A stretch of DNA of 42,786 bases. Source: an uncultured Faecalibacterium sp. (lineage in GTDB: Bacteria > Bacillota > Clostridia > Oscillospirales > Acutalibacteraceae). The stretch is from contig CAZBFI010000001.1 of NCBI GenBank assembly GCA_964491165.1, positions 1 to 42,786 of the forward strand, read 5' to 3'. Numbering within the stretch: position 1 is the first letter of the stretch; every line of letters begins with the position of its first letter. The notes under the pieces are model-generated. The model made no database searches. It had not been told where the DNA came from and saw only the letters and a list, made by a program, of their open reading frames with translations. Made by a program: the position numbers and the translations under genes. Of the stretch, positions 1 through 14,100 are shown one piece after another.

Positions 1-2
1 AG

Positions 3-2150
3 GATATTCTTGCCGCTTGCGGAACTTACTCAACAGAAAACAACATGGGTGTAACTGTTTCTTCAATCACCCACTCCGGTCTTACGATTTGGCAGTATAT
101 CTTTGAGCCTATCGTTTATTGGATGGAGAACGTTCTCTTCGTTTCACCCGTTAAGACCATCGCTGAGCTTCTTCCGAACCTGCTCACTCTCCTTGAGTAT
201 GACCAGCTTCTTCCCAAGCTCAAGAATATTGTTGTTGATATCAACGCAATCGTAAAGCCCGTTGGTATTACAGTTAACATTGATGTTACTGTTCTTAACC
301 TTTCCGAGATCATTATGCCTCTTCTTGAGGGTCTCGGCTTGAATGCTGAAACCATGAAGACAGGTATCAGTGGCTTGCTGGCTGCACTTCTCGGTGGTAC
401 GAGGACGACAAATTATAACAAAGATGAAGACGCAAGTTGGTTGATGAAGGTCGAAAAGGTCACCAAGGAAGACGAATTCGGCAATAAGGTCACAACCAAT
501 GTAACAAGTGACATATATCCGGCTCAATGGAAAGCAAGTGACGGAAAGATTTACTACATCAAGAATCCGGGTCTTTTGACCTCGGCTCTTTACGGCATGA
601 TGCTCAATGCCGACGATCCGGCAACTGCTGAAGAAAATGAAACACTCAACAATGCTTTCCTTGATTGGATGTTCATGAACGGTGGCTCGGTTGCACAGGT
701 ACCTCTCCAGATTCCTGTTAACCGCTTCATGTCAACCGGCTCACTCAGAGGCGGTGACCACCCCAACAATGAGTATGCAACCATTCAGGGTGTTTTCGAC
801 GGCAATATCAAGAACTATCATATCTATTCCGATCCGGGTGCCACATTGCTCACCCTGCTTCGTTGGCTCCTCAACGACGGCACACTTGATATCCTCATGC
901 CTCTCCTTGAGGGTCTCATCACTCCCACAAAGAATGCAGATGGCACAGAGTCAAGCATTCTTGACACAATCGTTCCCATCATTGACGGTCAGGCTGATAC
1001 CCTTATGGCTATCATCATCTGCTTGCTCAATGACTATGTAATCAACTTTGAAGCATTCCAGGATCCTGCTCAGGACACTGAGAACTGGGGTAAATGGAAC
1101 GCTGAGGGTACTGAATTCACAGGCTTCCTTAACAAAGACGGTTCTTCAAAATTCACTGTCGGTAAGGTTCTCGAAGAGTATCTTTCACAGAAAAATGTTA
1201 ACATTACAGCTGACGAGCTTGCAAGCAAGAACTACACCGATGCTGACCTTATCGCTAAGGCAGACCTTGCTGTTGCAAACGCTGATAAGCTTATCAACTC
1301 TCTCATAACAACAATCGTTGTTGCTCTTGAGGGAACACTCATGAACATTGACATCGTCAGAGATCTCGGCTTGGGCGACATCATCGACCAGATGAAGCAG
1401 TCCATCGCTGATGTCGGTGTTGCAAAGGTTACTCTTGAGGACATCGTTTCCGAGGTTGTCATCAGTAACGAGCTTGTTGACCTTATCATGAACCTTGTGT
1501 TCGGTGACGGTCTTCCCAAGCAGGCAACAGACGCCAACGGCAATAAGATTCAGGCTAAGTCTGACAGTGCCACCATGACTCTCGACGGCAAAACATATTA
1601 CATTGATGCCGGCACAGAAAATGGCGAACCTGTTGTTGACGCTGACGGCTATCCCGTATATGTAAGCGCTACAAATAAGGTTGTCGATGAGGAAGGCAAC
1701 GAGACAGATGAGCTTGAATTTGCCGTTAACGAGGGTATCCTTGCAGGACTCATGGGCGATCCCAACAGCATTCTTGTTAAGGTTCTCGACGCTCTCGGAC
1801 AGTTCAACCTTGACATCACTCCCGCAGGCTTCTATAAGCTCTTCACAGACAATTCAACAAGTGCTTATAACACCCAGCTCGCAGCATGGCTCAAGGCTCA
1901 GGCTGTTAAGCATAATAATGGCGTTGACATTGCAAACAATGATGTTTATGATTACATCAAAGACAACATGACATGGGGCAATGTAAGAGCTCCTAAGGGT
2001 ACAAAGTGGTTTGAAGAAGATGGAGATATGAGCGTTCGTTTCGACAACTTCGGTGAAATGCTTTGCGACCTGCTTGCACCTCTTAATCCCATTCTCGGCT
2101 TCCTGCTTTCCGGTCAGGATATCCTCCTGTTCGACGAGCTTAAGCTTCAG
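3..2150 (+). repeat. giant-protein unit 0 (partial, B-like)
   Basis: Opens inside the post-core block (PVKTIAELLPNLLTLLEYDQ, nt 147-206; compare PISTILELVGTVSYFVANNG in unit 8). It continues with ICLLNDYVINF (1020-1049), NLDITPAGFY (1806-1835) and TWG (1971-1979). Unit phase is arbitrary: I start units at the GxxGY core. Confidence 0.7.
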
Positions 2151-5100
2151 GGTGAGAACGGCTTCTCAAAGGGTATTGTTGCCATCTTTGAGGCTCTCGG
2201 ACTTACCACCGCTTGCATGAGCCAGAACAGCTTTGATAACTTCGTTTACACTGCTGCTCCCGGCACAGATCCCGCAAATTACACAAATGAGAATAATGTT
2301 GATGTTGATGAGCTCAGTAAGGGTACACTTCCTGACGGAAGAACAAAGAGATTCGCAGAAACAAAGAACTCTCCTCTCAAGCCTCTTATGGTCGCTATCA
2401 AGGAGCTTCTTATCGGTATGGGCGATGAAGCCGGTCTTCTTGATGCTCCTCTTACCGTTCTGTTCTCAAAGCTTCCCAACATTGCATATAACCTTTACAA
2501 CTTCAAGGGCGAAAACGGAAAGAATACCTGCAACTTCTCAATTGCAGTTAAGAACCTCATTTCCCCGATCACAAAGATCCTTGAAATCGTCGATCCCGTT
2601 CTCGCAAGAGTTGTAAATCTTGACATCAACGAGCTTCTTGACTCATTCCTTGATCTCGAATCACTCGTTAATAACCTCCTCGGCAGCCTTGTTGCAGAGG
2701 GTACAGAAGCTACAAGCATCCACATCTTTGACTTTGGTAAGCTTGCAGCAGATTCATCAACTGTTGACCGTAACGCTAAAACATATCGTCACGGTGCAGA
2801 TAAATTCACTAACTTTGTCGGTTCACCCGGTAAGCTTCTCATCACTCTTGTCAGAACAATTCTCACTAAGGACGTTGTTGACGCAGTCGGCCGTCTCATT
2901 GAGGGTATCTTCAACAAGGATACCGCTGACAAGACAGAAGAAGAGCTTGAAGCCGACCAGAGAGTCAGAAACATCATCAGCATGATCTCCACAAACCTTT
3001 GCAAGGCTGACACTAAGGGTGAGCTTGAAGGCGGCGCTTATGTTGACTATCTGACAAGTATCGTAATCGACATCTTGACAGACTATGAACCCGATAACGG
3101 CGAATTCTACTTCTATGAGATCATTAACCGTGTTGACGAAGATCTTATCAAGGCAGAAGATCAGATTGCCGCTATGGGTACAGTAGACAACCCGAAATAT
3201 GCTGTTAAGCATGAAGGCTATGATTGGGATGCCGTTCCCGCAGATCCGAATGATGCTTCCAAGAAGCTTTATACTCAGGATGAAGTTGAAAAGGCAATCG
3301 AAAACATCGACTATGTTGTTCGTAAGGCTGTTCCCGCAGTTTTTGCAACTCTTCATGATGAAGGTATCATAGGCGGAAATCTTGCAGAAGAGTTCAGCGG
3401 TGAAAACGGTCTTTGGGTACTTCTTCAGGATCTCTTAAATGGTCTCATCCTTAAAGATGATGCTCTTAACACAATTACTAACCTGCTTACAAATCTCTTG
3501 GGCGCTTCAGCCGGCTCATCAACAACCGGTATTATTCAGCAGGCTCTCAAGTCAGCAGGCTTTGACATCACATTCAATGCATTCCTTTATGAAAGCGACG
3601 GCTCTAAGTCAGCAGTCTTTGATTACCTCACCTACGGCTTTAAGAAGGACGCAAGCGGTGATCTTGTTCCTGCTGCATCAGGCGGATACGATATGTATCA
3701 GCTTACAGACGGCACAGAAGCTGAGCTTACATGGGCACAGGTTTACAAGAACCACAGCTACAATGTTTATGCTTTTGATGAAAACGGCGAGCTTATTCTC
3801 AACGATGATAACACACCCAAGCTTGCTGTCGTTCAGGTTCAGAATACTCGTCAGATCGGTGATACAACCGAGTACGAGTATAAGTACACAGATGCTTCCG
3901 GCAATATCCAGAAGGTATGGCTCGCAGAAGCAGGCAAGACAGAATATGTTGTAGGCACTGACACCTTCACTCTTACAGCTTCAACTGTTGATAAGATGGA
4001 AAACGACAAGCCCGTATATGAATACGCTCTTCTCACAACAGCTTATCCGCAGGAAACTCAAGACGGAAAGTATGTCTACACTTACACAGACAGCGACGGA
4101 ATCGAGCAGACTTATACCTCAGAGTATCAGCAGCTCAAGGTTCTCAAGAGCGCTGAAAAAGACGATCAGGGTAAGGATATTTTCTATACCCTTACGGCAG
4201 TATACTCAAAAGACACCACAAAGAAGCTCTGGACATGGGGCATTGATGAAGCTGCTGACTTCAGTGCAAAGAAGAATGCTCTTCTCGACATTCTTTGGAG
4301 TGTTCTCAGCCCGTTTGCAAAAATCTTCTCAACACTCTTTGCAGGCGATGCACTCAAGCTCTTTGACAATACCCTCAACATCGAGGGCGGTTACGGATAT
4401 AAAGATTATATCCTTCCGATAATGCGTGCATTCGGTCTCGACACAATCCTCAGCAAGCTCGGTGCAGAGAAGATTGCTGAAATGAACAAGGCTCATGCCG
4501 ATGGTGATAAGATCCCCGATGCTCTTATGACCAACGATGAATATCTTGCCCTTGTTTATAACAACAACGCAGGCAGTGCTGACCGTGAGCTTGATGTTGA
4601 CGGCTTGGGTCAGGCTGTTAAGCAGATTATCAACTATGTATTCTACTTTGTTGAAATCCTTGCAACATATCCCGTTGAAACACTTAGTAACGCACTTCCC
4701 ACACTCGCTTACTTCTTGTATGCAGACGGTTTGACAACTGTTGTAAGTAACCTTCTTGTTCCCCTCACAACCTTGACAAACAGACTCAGCGAGATCATCG
4801 ACCTTGACATTAACGCTCTCGGTGCAGGTCTCATTGATATGCTTGCAACAGGCTCATGGGAGAACTTCCAACTCGCACTTAACTCGTTCGTTTATATTGA
4901 TCCCGAAACCGGTAATCTTGTCACAAATCTCGACAAGGATATCTCATTGACTTACTCGCTGTTCACACTCTTGACAAACCTCGAATTTGACCTTTCGGGC
5001 ATCGTCGGAAGTGATGATATTTACGGCGGTAAGTACGGTATCGTTCTCTTCCTTGATAAGGACGCAGAGCATCATGCAAAGGCACTCAACAAGCAGGCTG

Positions 5101-8100
5101 ATGAGCTTGCAGAGGCTGATGCAACAGCTAATGCAGATCAGATCGCTCAGCTGCGTGAAGAAGCAAGAAAGAGCCGTGCAGATGCTTTGAAGAGCTTCCT
5201 TGGTTCAATCGTTGCTCTCGGTGATCCCGTCAGCGCTTATAAGAACGAAGCTAACGAATATATCTATAATAATTACGCTGATTATGTATATGTTTCCTCG
5301 AACGGTCAGGTTAATGTAAGCAAGTCAGAAGTTGTTATGTTCCTTCTTGACTTCATCTTTGAAAATCAGACCCTCAAGGAAATTATCGGCAAGCTCCTCG
5401 GTTACGATATCACCGATGAAAACACTGCCGATGCAGAACTCCTCGATGAAATCATCACAAATGTATTCAACAATCCCGAAGTGCTTGTTGACCTTATCGT
5501 AGCTCTTCTTGTTGACTACGATGTACAGAAGATTGTTGGTGTTGAGCTTAAAACTCTCGAGGCTGAAAATCACTTCCAGTTCTATGAAGATGCAGGTTAC
5601 ACTTCACATCAGGATGTTCTCGACCACAACAACAATCTTCCCGAAGGCGAAGAAAAGGTTACAGAGATCTCCCGTGTCAAGACCTCCGCAACTATCGACA
5701 ACCTTGATAACCTTGTTGGTACAATCCTCAACCTCTTCAAGTCTGAGCTTACCAAGGAGGGCGGTCTCTTTGCTCAGTTCGGCTTGACAGCTGATGATGA
5801 TATCACTCTTCAGGCTCTCGTTGACGCTATCTTTGAAACATACCTTTATGACGATAAGGGTCTTAATGGTATCATGGATATGCTCATCGGCTTGCTCGGT
5901 GGCGAAAGCTCTGCACAGATTGTCAACATCGTTCTTGATATTCTCAAGGGTGCAGGCTATGACCTTACACCTGCAAGCTTCAAGACTAACGTTCCTCAGC
6001 TTGCCGAAACAATCGGTGACGCTAAGAAGTGGAGCGAGGTTGTTAAGAACAACTCCAAGTATGAGTATGTTGTTAAGAACGAAGACGGTGATGTTGTTGA
6101 AACACTTTATGCTGATGAAGCAAAATTAACTGAAATCACAGTTGACGGTGTTGTTAAGACTGTTACACCTGTTATGATTCAACAGCAGGAAAGCCGTAAG
6201 GCAACAGATGCCGAAGGCAAAGAATACACCGAATATAAGTATGTATATTCCGTTAAGAATGAAGCCGGCGAGCTTGTAGATACAGTAGTATGGCTCAAGG
6301 AAGCAGGCAAAACCGAATGGATTGAAACTCCTGCCGATGAAGCAACCGGCACTGCTGAGGTTAAGCATGTTGTTGAAGCTGTTATGGTTGACACAACAAA
6401 GCAGAAGACAGCAGTTAAGATCAACGCAACATGGGGTCTCAAAACCCGTGACGATTTCGTTGATATGCTTTGGAATTGCATTAAGCCTCTCGCACCGTTG
6501 TTCGCAGCACTCTTCTGCGAGGGTGATCTGACAGTATTTGACAAGATCACAATCAAGGGCGCAGCAGGTTATGAAGGCTTTGTTCTTCCCTTGATCAACG
6601 CTCTCGGTATCCCCGTACTCAAGGCTAACAAGAATGCCGACGGTACATGGTCTGACGATACATCAACAGCAAATGAAAACGAAGGCGAGCTTTACCTTGC
6701 AGCAGATAAGTATTACACTTATGATCAGTACAAGGCAGCTGTCTACGGAGCTGACGATGTATTCGGCACAGAGGATGACAATGCAAAGATTATGCTCACA
6801 ACAATCACAGATGCTCTCTTTGCTCTGGTTGATTCACTCTGCGCAAGACCCGTTGCAACACTTCTCACAATTATTCCGTATCTTGCTCACTTCATCGAAA
6901 GTGACGGCATAGATATGATCCTTTCAAATCTTCTTGTTCCGATCACAACAATCACCACAATGATTGAAAAGATTTACAAGGTAGATCTTCTCGGTATTGT
7001 TAAGGATCTCCTCAGAGGCCTTATCAAGAACCTTAATGACAATGCAGGTCAGCCGACAGACAGCACTGACCCCGCAGCTCAAGGCACAACATCGGCAGCC
7101 GCAGCAGCTTATGTTCTCACAGCAGTTGAAAATGTTGAAAGAACAAGCGGCAAGTCCGGTTTTGAGACTTCTGTTGCAGCATTGGCTGAAACAAATCCGG
7201 CTCCCGCAATTGATTTGAGCGGTGATGACAGCTCGAACTATACCTTCAAGGATATTATCGTTGAGCTTGTCAACGGCCTTTCAATCAACGGCACTAAGCT
7301 TTCATCAATCATTGATGCCGATACAGTATTCCTTGACCTTGCTTCAATCGCATGGATTCCCAAGACTATTGTTGTAGATGGTGTAGCTACAGTACAGCCC
7401 TCTCAGAAGATTACTGTAACAATTTACGAAGACAGAGCAAGCGGTGTAGCTTCAAGATCCGAGGCAACCGAATACACTGTTGACCGTGAATCCGTTCTTA
7501 TCAACCTTCTCAACGATATCGTATTCACTCCGGGCATCCGTGATCTTATCGGCGGCTTGCTGAAATATGACTTCAGCGACGAAAAGATGACAACACTCAC
7601 TGAGGAAGATTCAGAGTATCTGCTCACAGTTCTTCTTTACGGTGTGTTTGAAGATCCCGAGGCTCTTGAAAGACTTCTTATCGACCTGCTCTCTTGGTAT
7701 GATCTCGAATATCAGGATGCAAGAGTATCCAAGAAGGACTTCTCAGACATTAACTCAACATCAACTGCAATTGATTATGACGCAATCGGTCTCGACAAGG
7801 CTCAGATGGAAAAGCTTCCCGAGGACTTCGACTCTCTTATCGCTAAGATAGTTCCCGCTGTTATCGGTATGCTTCCCGATGGCGCTCTCGGTGACCTCAA
7901 GCTTGAAGGTGCAAACCTTGAAGAGATGGTTCACAACCTCCTTGCCGATCTCATGATGGATAAGGAAGTTGAGGGCTCAACAACAGTTAAGTCCGGCCTT
8001 GCAACACAGCTCGTTCAGCTTCTCGTAAGCACACTCGGTGGCAATGCAACCGTTTCCATGATCGTCGGTCTCCTTCCCTCGATTGTTGACGGAGTTGACA

Positions 8101-11100
8101 TTGAGCTTAAGGACTTCAAGAAGGTTAACGCAGCGTTCAATGCTTACTTTGCTGACTATAACACATGGGCAGAAGCTTATGAGGGACTCAAGTCAGTTAA
8201 GAAGTATGTTGCTTCCACAGATTCCACAGCAGATGTTCCTGCACACGATGCAGACAATAATCTCTACGCAACAGATGCAAACGGCAAGCCCGTTGCAGAG
8301 TATGCACTTGACGAAAACGGCGCTAAGATTCCCGTTTACGCTAACGGCAATAAGGTAACTGACGATTGGGGCAGTGAATGGTACACATCAGCAGGTACAC
8401 CTGCAACAGATGACGAGCAGCCTCTCGAAAACACCTATGTTGTTAAGACAGCTGACGGCAAGATCGTTTACGGCTATCAGTATGAGCTTGTTCTTAAGGA
8501 TACCGATTCCTTCGGTGTTAAGAATTACGACGATATTCTTGAGCTTGTATCACAGATTCTCGCTCCCTTCGCACCTATCTTCAGATTCCTTCTCACAGAA
8601 GACGACCTCGTTCTTCTCGACGGTGTACATCTGACAGGTGGCGACGGCTACGACCGTTTCATCATTCCTCTGTTTGAGGTTCTCGGTGTTGATAACTATA
8701 TCGGCAGCGACAAGTTCCTTGACAAGCACGCTTTTGCGGCTCTTGATAACACTGCATTCACCGCAAAGGTAGTTGAATATATCGACGCAGTTATCTCAAT
8801 GGTTGTTAACACTCCGATTCAGACAATCGTTGACCTCGTTCCCGAGCTTGTATTCTTCGTCTACTCCGACGGTCTTGCACAGGCTGTTGAGCAGTTCGTT
8901 GCTCCCTTGCTTACTCTCATTGATATGGTCAATGACATTACTGCAAAGGAAATCGAAATTCAGGGCAGAGAAGATAAGCTTGTAGCACTTGATATCGTTG
9001 CTCTCATCACTGACCTTGTCAACAACGGTATCATGACACCGAATAAGCTTGCAGAAATTGACGGCTTCTACGGTGACAACGGACTTATCACAAGAGTCCT
9101 TTCCGGTCAGGGTCTTGAAGAGCTTCTTCAGGGTCTCCTCACCAATGCAAACACTTACATTTATGCTTACGAATACACTGTTCCCGCTGATTCCGCAGTT
9201 GAGGGTTCAACCGACACAGTTGTAACCGTATACCTTGACAGTGCTGAGCTTGATGGCACAGATTATCAGCCCGATAGCGAAAAGACTGGAACATATACTC
9301 TTACTGCTGTTCACGAAAAGAACAAGACTCCCATCAGTCTCGGTCTCGATAAGGACGCTGACGGAGTTGTTGATGCTGAGCAGATCACCGGCATCTTCAA
9401 GTGGCTCATTCAGAAGATCGCTAAGGTTGAAAAGGTTGACACTGTTCGCTACTTCGGTGCAGACGGCGCAGGTAACAACCGTAAGGTTTGGGGCGTTGTT
9501 GCCAACAGAGCCGACACTCTCGTTCAGGTTATTTCCGAAACACTTCTTGGCGGAAATATGATTACAAGCCTGCTCGAAACATTCGGTGTTAAGCTTGACG
9601 GCACAGTTCAGACAATCCTTGACGCTGTAACAGGCGAAAACAGATATGTAATCTTCCAGGTTCTCCTCAAATACTTCAACGAGTATGATGTTGAGACCAT
9701 GGTAATGGATTACCTGTCATTTGAAAAGGTTGAATATGCTTACGATACCTATGTTGAAGGCACAAACCTCACACAGCGTAAGCTCAGAAGAGCTATCAAG
9801 AAGCTCGACGGTTCAATCCTTACAGTAATTCCCGAGCTTGTTCCCATCCTTGCAGAAAATGAGCTTGTTAAGACTCTCCTTGAAAAGATTGGCGGTTACC
9901 ACGGCCAGAGCCTCAAGGATCTCGTTCATGAGCTTCTCGAAGCTTATGTATTCAACGATGAGACAATGAACAGCATCATGGGTCTGCTTGTAGGTCTCCT
10001 CGGTGGCGAAAGCCTTGAGGGAACACTTGCAACAGTTCTCCCGCTTGTAAGAGATATCGTTGACATTGATATCACACCTTACGGCTTCTATGAGGCTACT
10101 TCATCTGATGCAATCAAAGCATACATGAAAGAAGCCTTTGATGCGTTCCCGTCAGCGCCTGTTGTTGACGGCGACGGCAATCCCGTTCTCGAAAGCGACG
10201 GCACTCCCAAGCTCACAACAATTGAGAATGACTTCACATGGAAGGATCTCGCTGACTATTACACAAAATATGTTTACACATACAATGAAGTTACAACAAC
10301 AACAAAGTATGAGTACACTTACGAAAAGGACGGCGTTACCGAGCATTACTATGTTGAATCCAAGATTGAAGATACAACTAAGCTTGTAATCACAATCGAC
10401 GGTGTAGATTATGCTCTCACCGCATCAATGAACGGTGAAAATCAGGTAACTAAGGACTTCTATTCCTACAACACAATTTCTAAGTACAGCTCAGATTCGG
10501 ATCTCAACGGCACACCGGTTGAAGGTGTTGACGGTAAGACATGGTTCGCTTATGAGCAGGCAACTGATGAAAACGGCAATCTCCTTTGGTACGACGAAGC
10601 TAATGGTATCCCGACAGCTAAGACTGTTGATGTTACCGATGAAAACGGTACTGTTATCGGTACAGAAATGGTTCGTGCAACAAGAGTTAACGCTCTTAAT
10701 GGCGAAGAAGCATTTGATTGGGGTATTGATTCAGCTGAGAATTACGAAGGCAGAAAGGACGCATTCATTGATGTCTTTGCCGGTATCCTTGTACCTCTTG
10801 AGGGTGTTCTCAACTTCCTTCTCAGAGGTGAATCTCTCAGAATTCTTCCCGACGAAAGCGGCAACGGTGAAGTTCTTGAGTTCTACGGCAACAACGGTTA
10901 TGACAATGTTATCGTACCTCTCTTCAAGGCTCTTGCAGTTGACCAGTTCGGCACAATAATGTCAACAGATGAATATGTTGCAGGCAAGAATTCGGCAGTT
11001 ACTCTCACAGCTATCACTGACGGTATCTTCACAATCCTTGAAGCCCTCACTGATGGACCGATCGAGTATCTCCTCACTCTCCTTCCCTCACTTTCATATT

Positions 11101-14100
11101 TCATCAGCTGTAACGGTCCGGAAATCATTCTGAACAACCTTCTTTCACCCATCCTTGCTCTCCTCAATCTTGCAGATCCCATCGTCGGTGATCTTCTTGA
11201 CGATCTGCTCGGCAAGACACTCAGCGGAGTATTCGGTGCTTACATGCCCGATGACATCAAGTATGAAATTGCAACCGATTATAAGTCACCCGTATACGCA
11301 GAAGTTGAAGAGGGTGTTGACGCTGACGGCAATGCAATTATGGTTAAGGTTCCCGCAACAGATAACGGCAAAACTGTTATCTTCAAGGATAAGACCTATT
11401 ACATCACCGCTGGTGACGGTAATGTAATCGACGGTGAATATGTTGTTACAACCACAACAGATGCAGAAGGTAACACTATCCCCGTATTTGAAACTTATAA
11501 ATCATACGCTCTTACAGATCTGTTGAAGATCTGCGGCGAGAACGGTGACAACCTCATCAAGATTATCAACGGTCTTGTTGGTCCTCTCCTTCTCGGCAAC
11601 GATGCAACAGATGCAGAAATCGCAGCATTTGAAATCCTTCCTGCAACCTTCTTTGAAGCTTATGCAGAGCATGCAATCACAATCAACAAGGCTGGTGCCG
11701 GTGCAAGCTACTATTACTGGTACGAAAATGCAGAAGGCAAGCTTGTTAAGATTGCTCAGGATTATTACGATGTATCAATGGGCGAGATTAAGGCAGCACG
11801 CTATGTTGTTGACTGGTTCAAGGTTGACATCGCAGACTCGGCAGTATATCTGCTCGACAGCGTTCTTTCAGAATCACTTCTCAGAGAAATCGCAAAGCTT
11901 GCTAACATTGATGTTGATGATTCAAGCAACATCCTCGGTGTAATTCTCAAGAATCTCATCGAAGGCAAGTTCAACGGCCTCGTTGTTGCAGACATCATCA
12001 CAGCGCTCTTTGAAAATTACACAATCACTTACAATGAGCTTTACGGCGAATACATCGTGCCGAACCATGATCACCTTAACAATATCAGTGCAGATGATCA
12101 GGCTAAGGCTGAAAGAGTTCCCGCACAGCTTGACACCATCATTGAAGAAGCACTTCCCATCGTGGCTCCCATCCTCTCGGATCTCTTTGCTCCCAAGGAC
12201 GGAAAAGAACCCACGATCATCAACGATATCTTCGATAATTATGCAACAATCGCCGATGACGAAGCAGTTGCAGACCTTTACGAAATCGTTGAATATCTCC
12301 TCGATGACATGATATGGTCTGACGAAATGGTCAACACCATCGCAGCTCTCATCGTTAACCTCGTCGGTGACGGCGGCGTTATCGGTACTGTTCTCGATTA
12401 CGTCGGAGTAACAGGCATTAAGCTTGATCCTCAGAATTATCTTGCAACAGTTAAGAAGGCTTATGGCGCAAAGGCTGAAATGAACGAGGCTGTTGCAGCT
12501 CTCGCAGGCATTATCGGCACTGCTGAAACATGGGCTGATGTTGTCAAGAATGACACAACTCCGCTTTATGCTTATGAGTATGTATCAGGCAAGAACGATA
12601 AGGATGAGGACATCAAGACTACCGTTTACCTTGCAGATGCAAGCCTTGACGGTGAAGCTTACACAGTCGCAGAAGAGGATTATATCCTTGCAGCTGTTAA
12701 GGACGCTGACGGCAACCATGTTGTTAAGGCTGAATTTAATGTAGACGGTGTAGCTGACATCACTTGGGGCGTTAACGCTGCAACTGATAAGAAGGATGCC
12801 TTCATCAAGGCTCTTGCAGTTATCGTTGAACCTCTCTTCCCTGTTCTCCAGCTTGTGCTTCAGGGCAAGATCCTCACACTCGTCGGTCACGACAAGGCAA
12901 GCTATGAGCCGGTTAACATGTTTGAATACGATGCTGACGGTGCAGCTCATAAAGTTATCGACGACAGCAGAACAGGTAATGAAATCGGTAACGGTTACAT
13001 TGAGCTTATGGGCGTCAACGGCTACGAGGAGCTTCTCGTTCCCATTCTCGACGCAGTAGGCGGACTTGAGGCATTCGGTGCTTACAGTGCCGACAACACA
13101 GACGGCATTATGACCGCTGCTGAGTTCTGCTCAATCAACAACGCTTATGATATGCTTGCATACATCGTAAATGTAGTATTCGGATTCGTTAATAAGCTTG
13201 TAGCAAATCCGTTCGAATACCTTGCAACATATCTTCCCTCACTCCTCTACTTCATCGGTTCAGACGGAGTATACAACGCAATTCAGTCTGTTCTTCAGCT
13301 TGTAAACGCTCTGATCGCAATCGTTGAGCCTCTCATCGGTTCAGATGGCATCAAGCTTTCAGACACACTTTCATTGCCTCTTGATCTTAAGATGCTTAAG
13401 CTTGAAGATACAGTCGTAATTGAAAATGTCTTCAATGCTGAAACAGGCGTGAACGAAGAAAAGAAGACAACGATCAAGGGTCTTTGCTCGATGATCAATG
13501 ATCTTCTTCCCGGCAGCACGGCATTCAAGCTCACAAAGGATATGATCCTCAAGCTTGCCGGCTACCTCGGTGAATACAAGGTTATCGACACCGTAAGATC
13601 AACTGCTTCAACTGCACTTGTTAAGTACGATGCAGAAACCGGCTCGATGGTTTATGTCGATAAGGATGGCAATGTCATCAGCGATGCAAATCCGGCTGAA
13701 AAGAACAAGATCACAACAATCGTCGGTAACACTAAGTACACTCTCACAGGTCTCCTTCAGTTTGCTCTTGCAGACGGACTTGTAGGTAGTATCGTTGATA
13801 CCTCAACAGTAACAGGTATCCTCAAGACGATCCTTGACAATGTAATGGGTGAAGATGCAACTGCTAATGTTTCCGCAGTTATCATCAAGCTCCTTAATAA
13901 GTATGTAGTTGAATATAAGGCAATCGAAGAACCTGCTGAAGCTCTCAGCAATGTCGGTGTTGATTACACCAAGTACGGTGTAGAGCATGCTGACGTTCAG
14001 ACTGCTCTTCAGAATCTCCAGAACCTTATCCCCGGTGTTCTCAGCCTGCTCAATCTCGGCAGTGTTCAGGATCTCGTTGCGGATAACCTCTACACAGATA

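Noticed and set aside
45-47. The ATG at 45 as the true start of the giant protein.
   Set aside because: The frame is open from nt 3, and no purine-rich Shine-Dalgarno lies in cagaaaacaac upstream. Residues encoded just after it align to an internal block of the repeat unit. It is most likely an internal Met.
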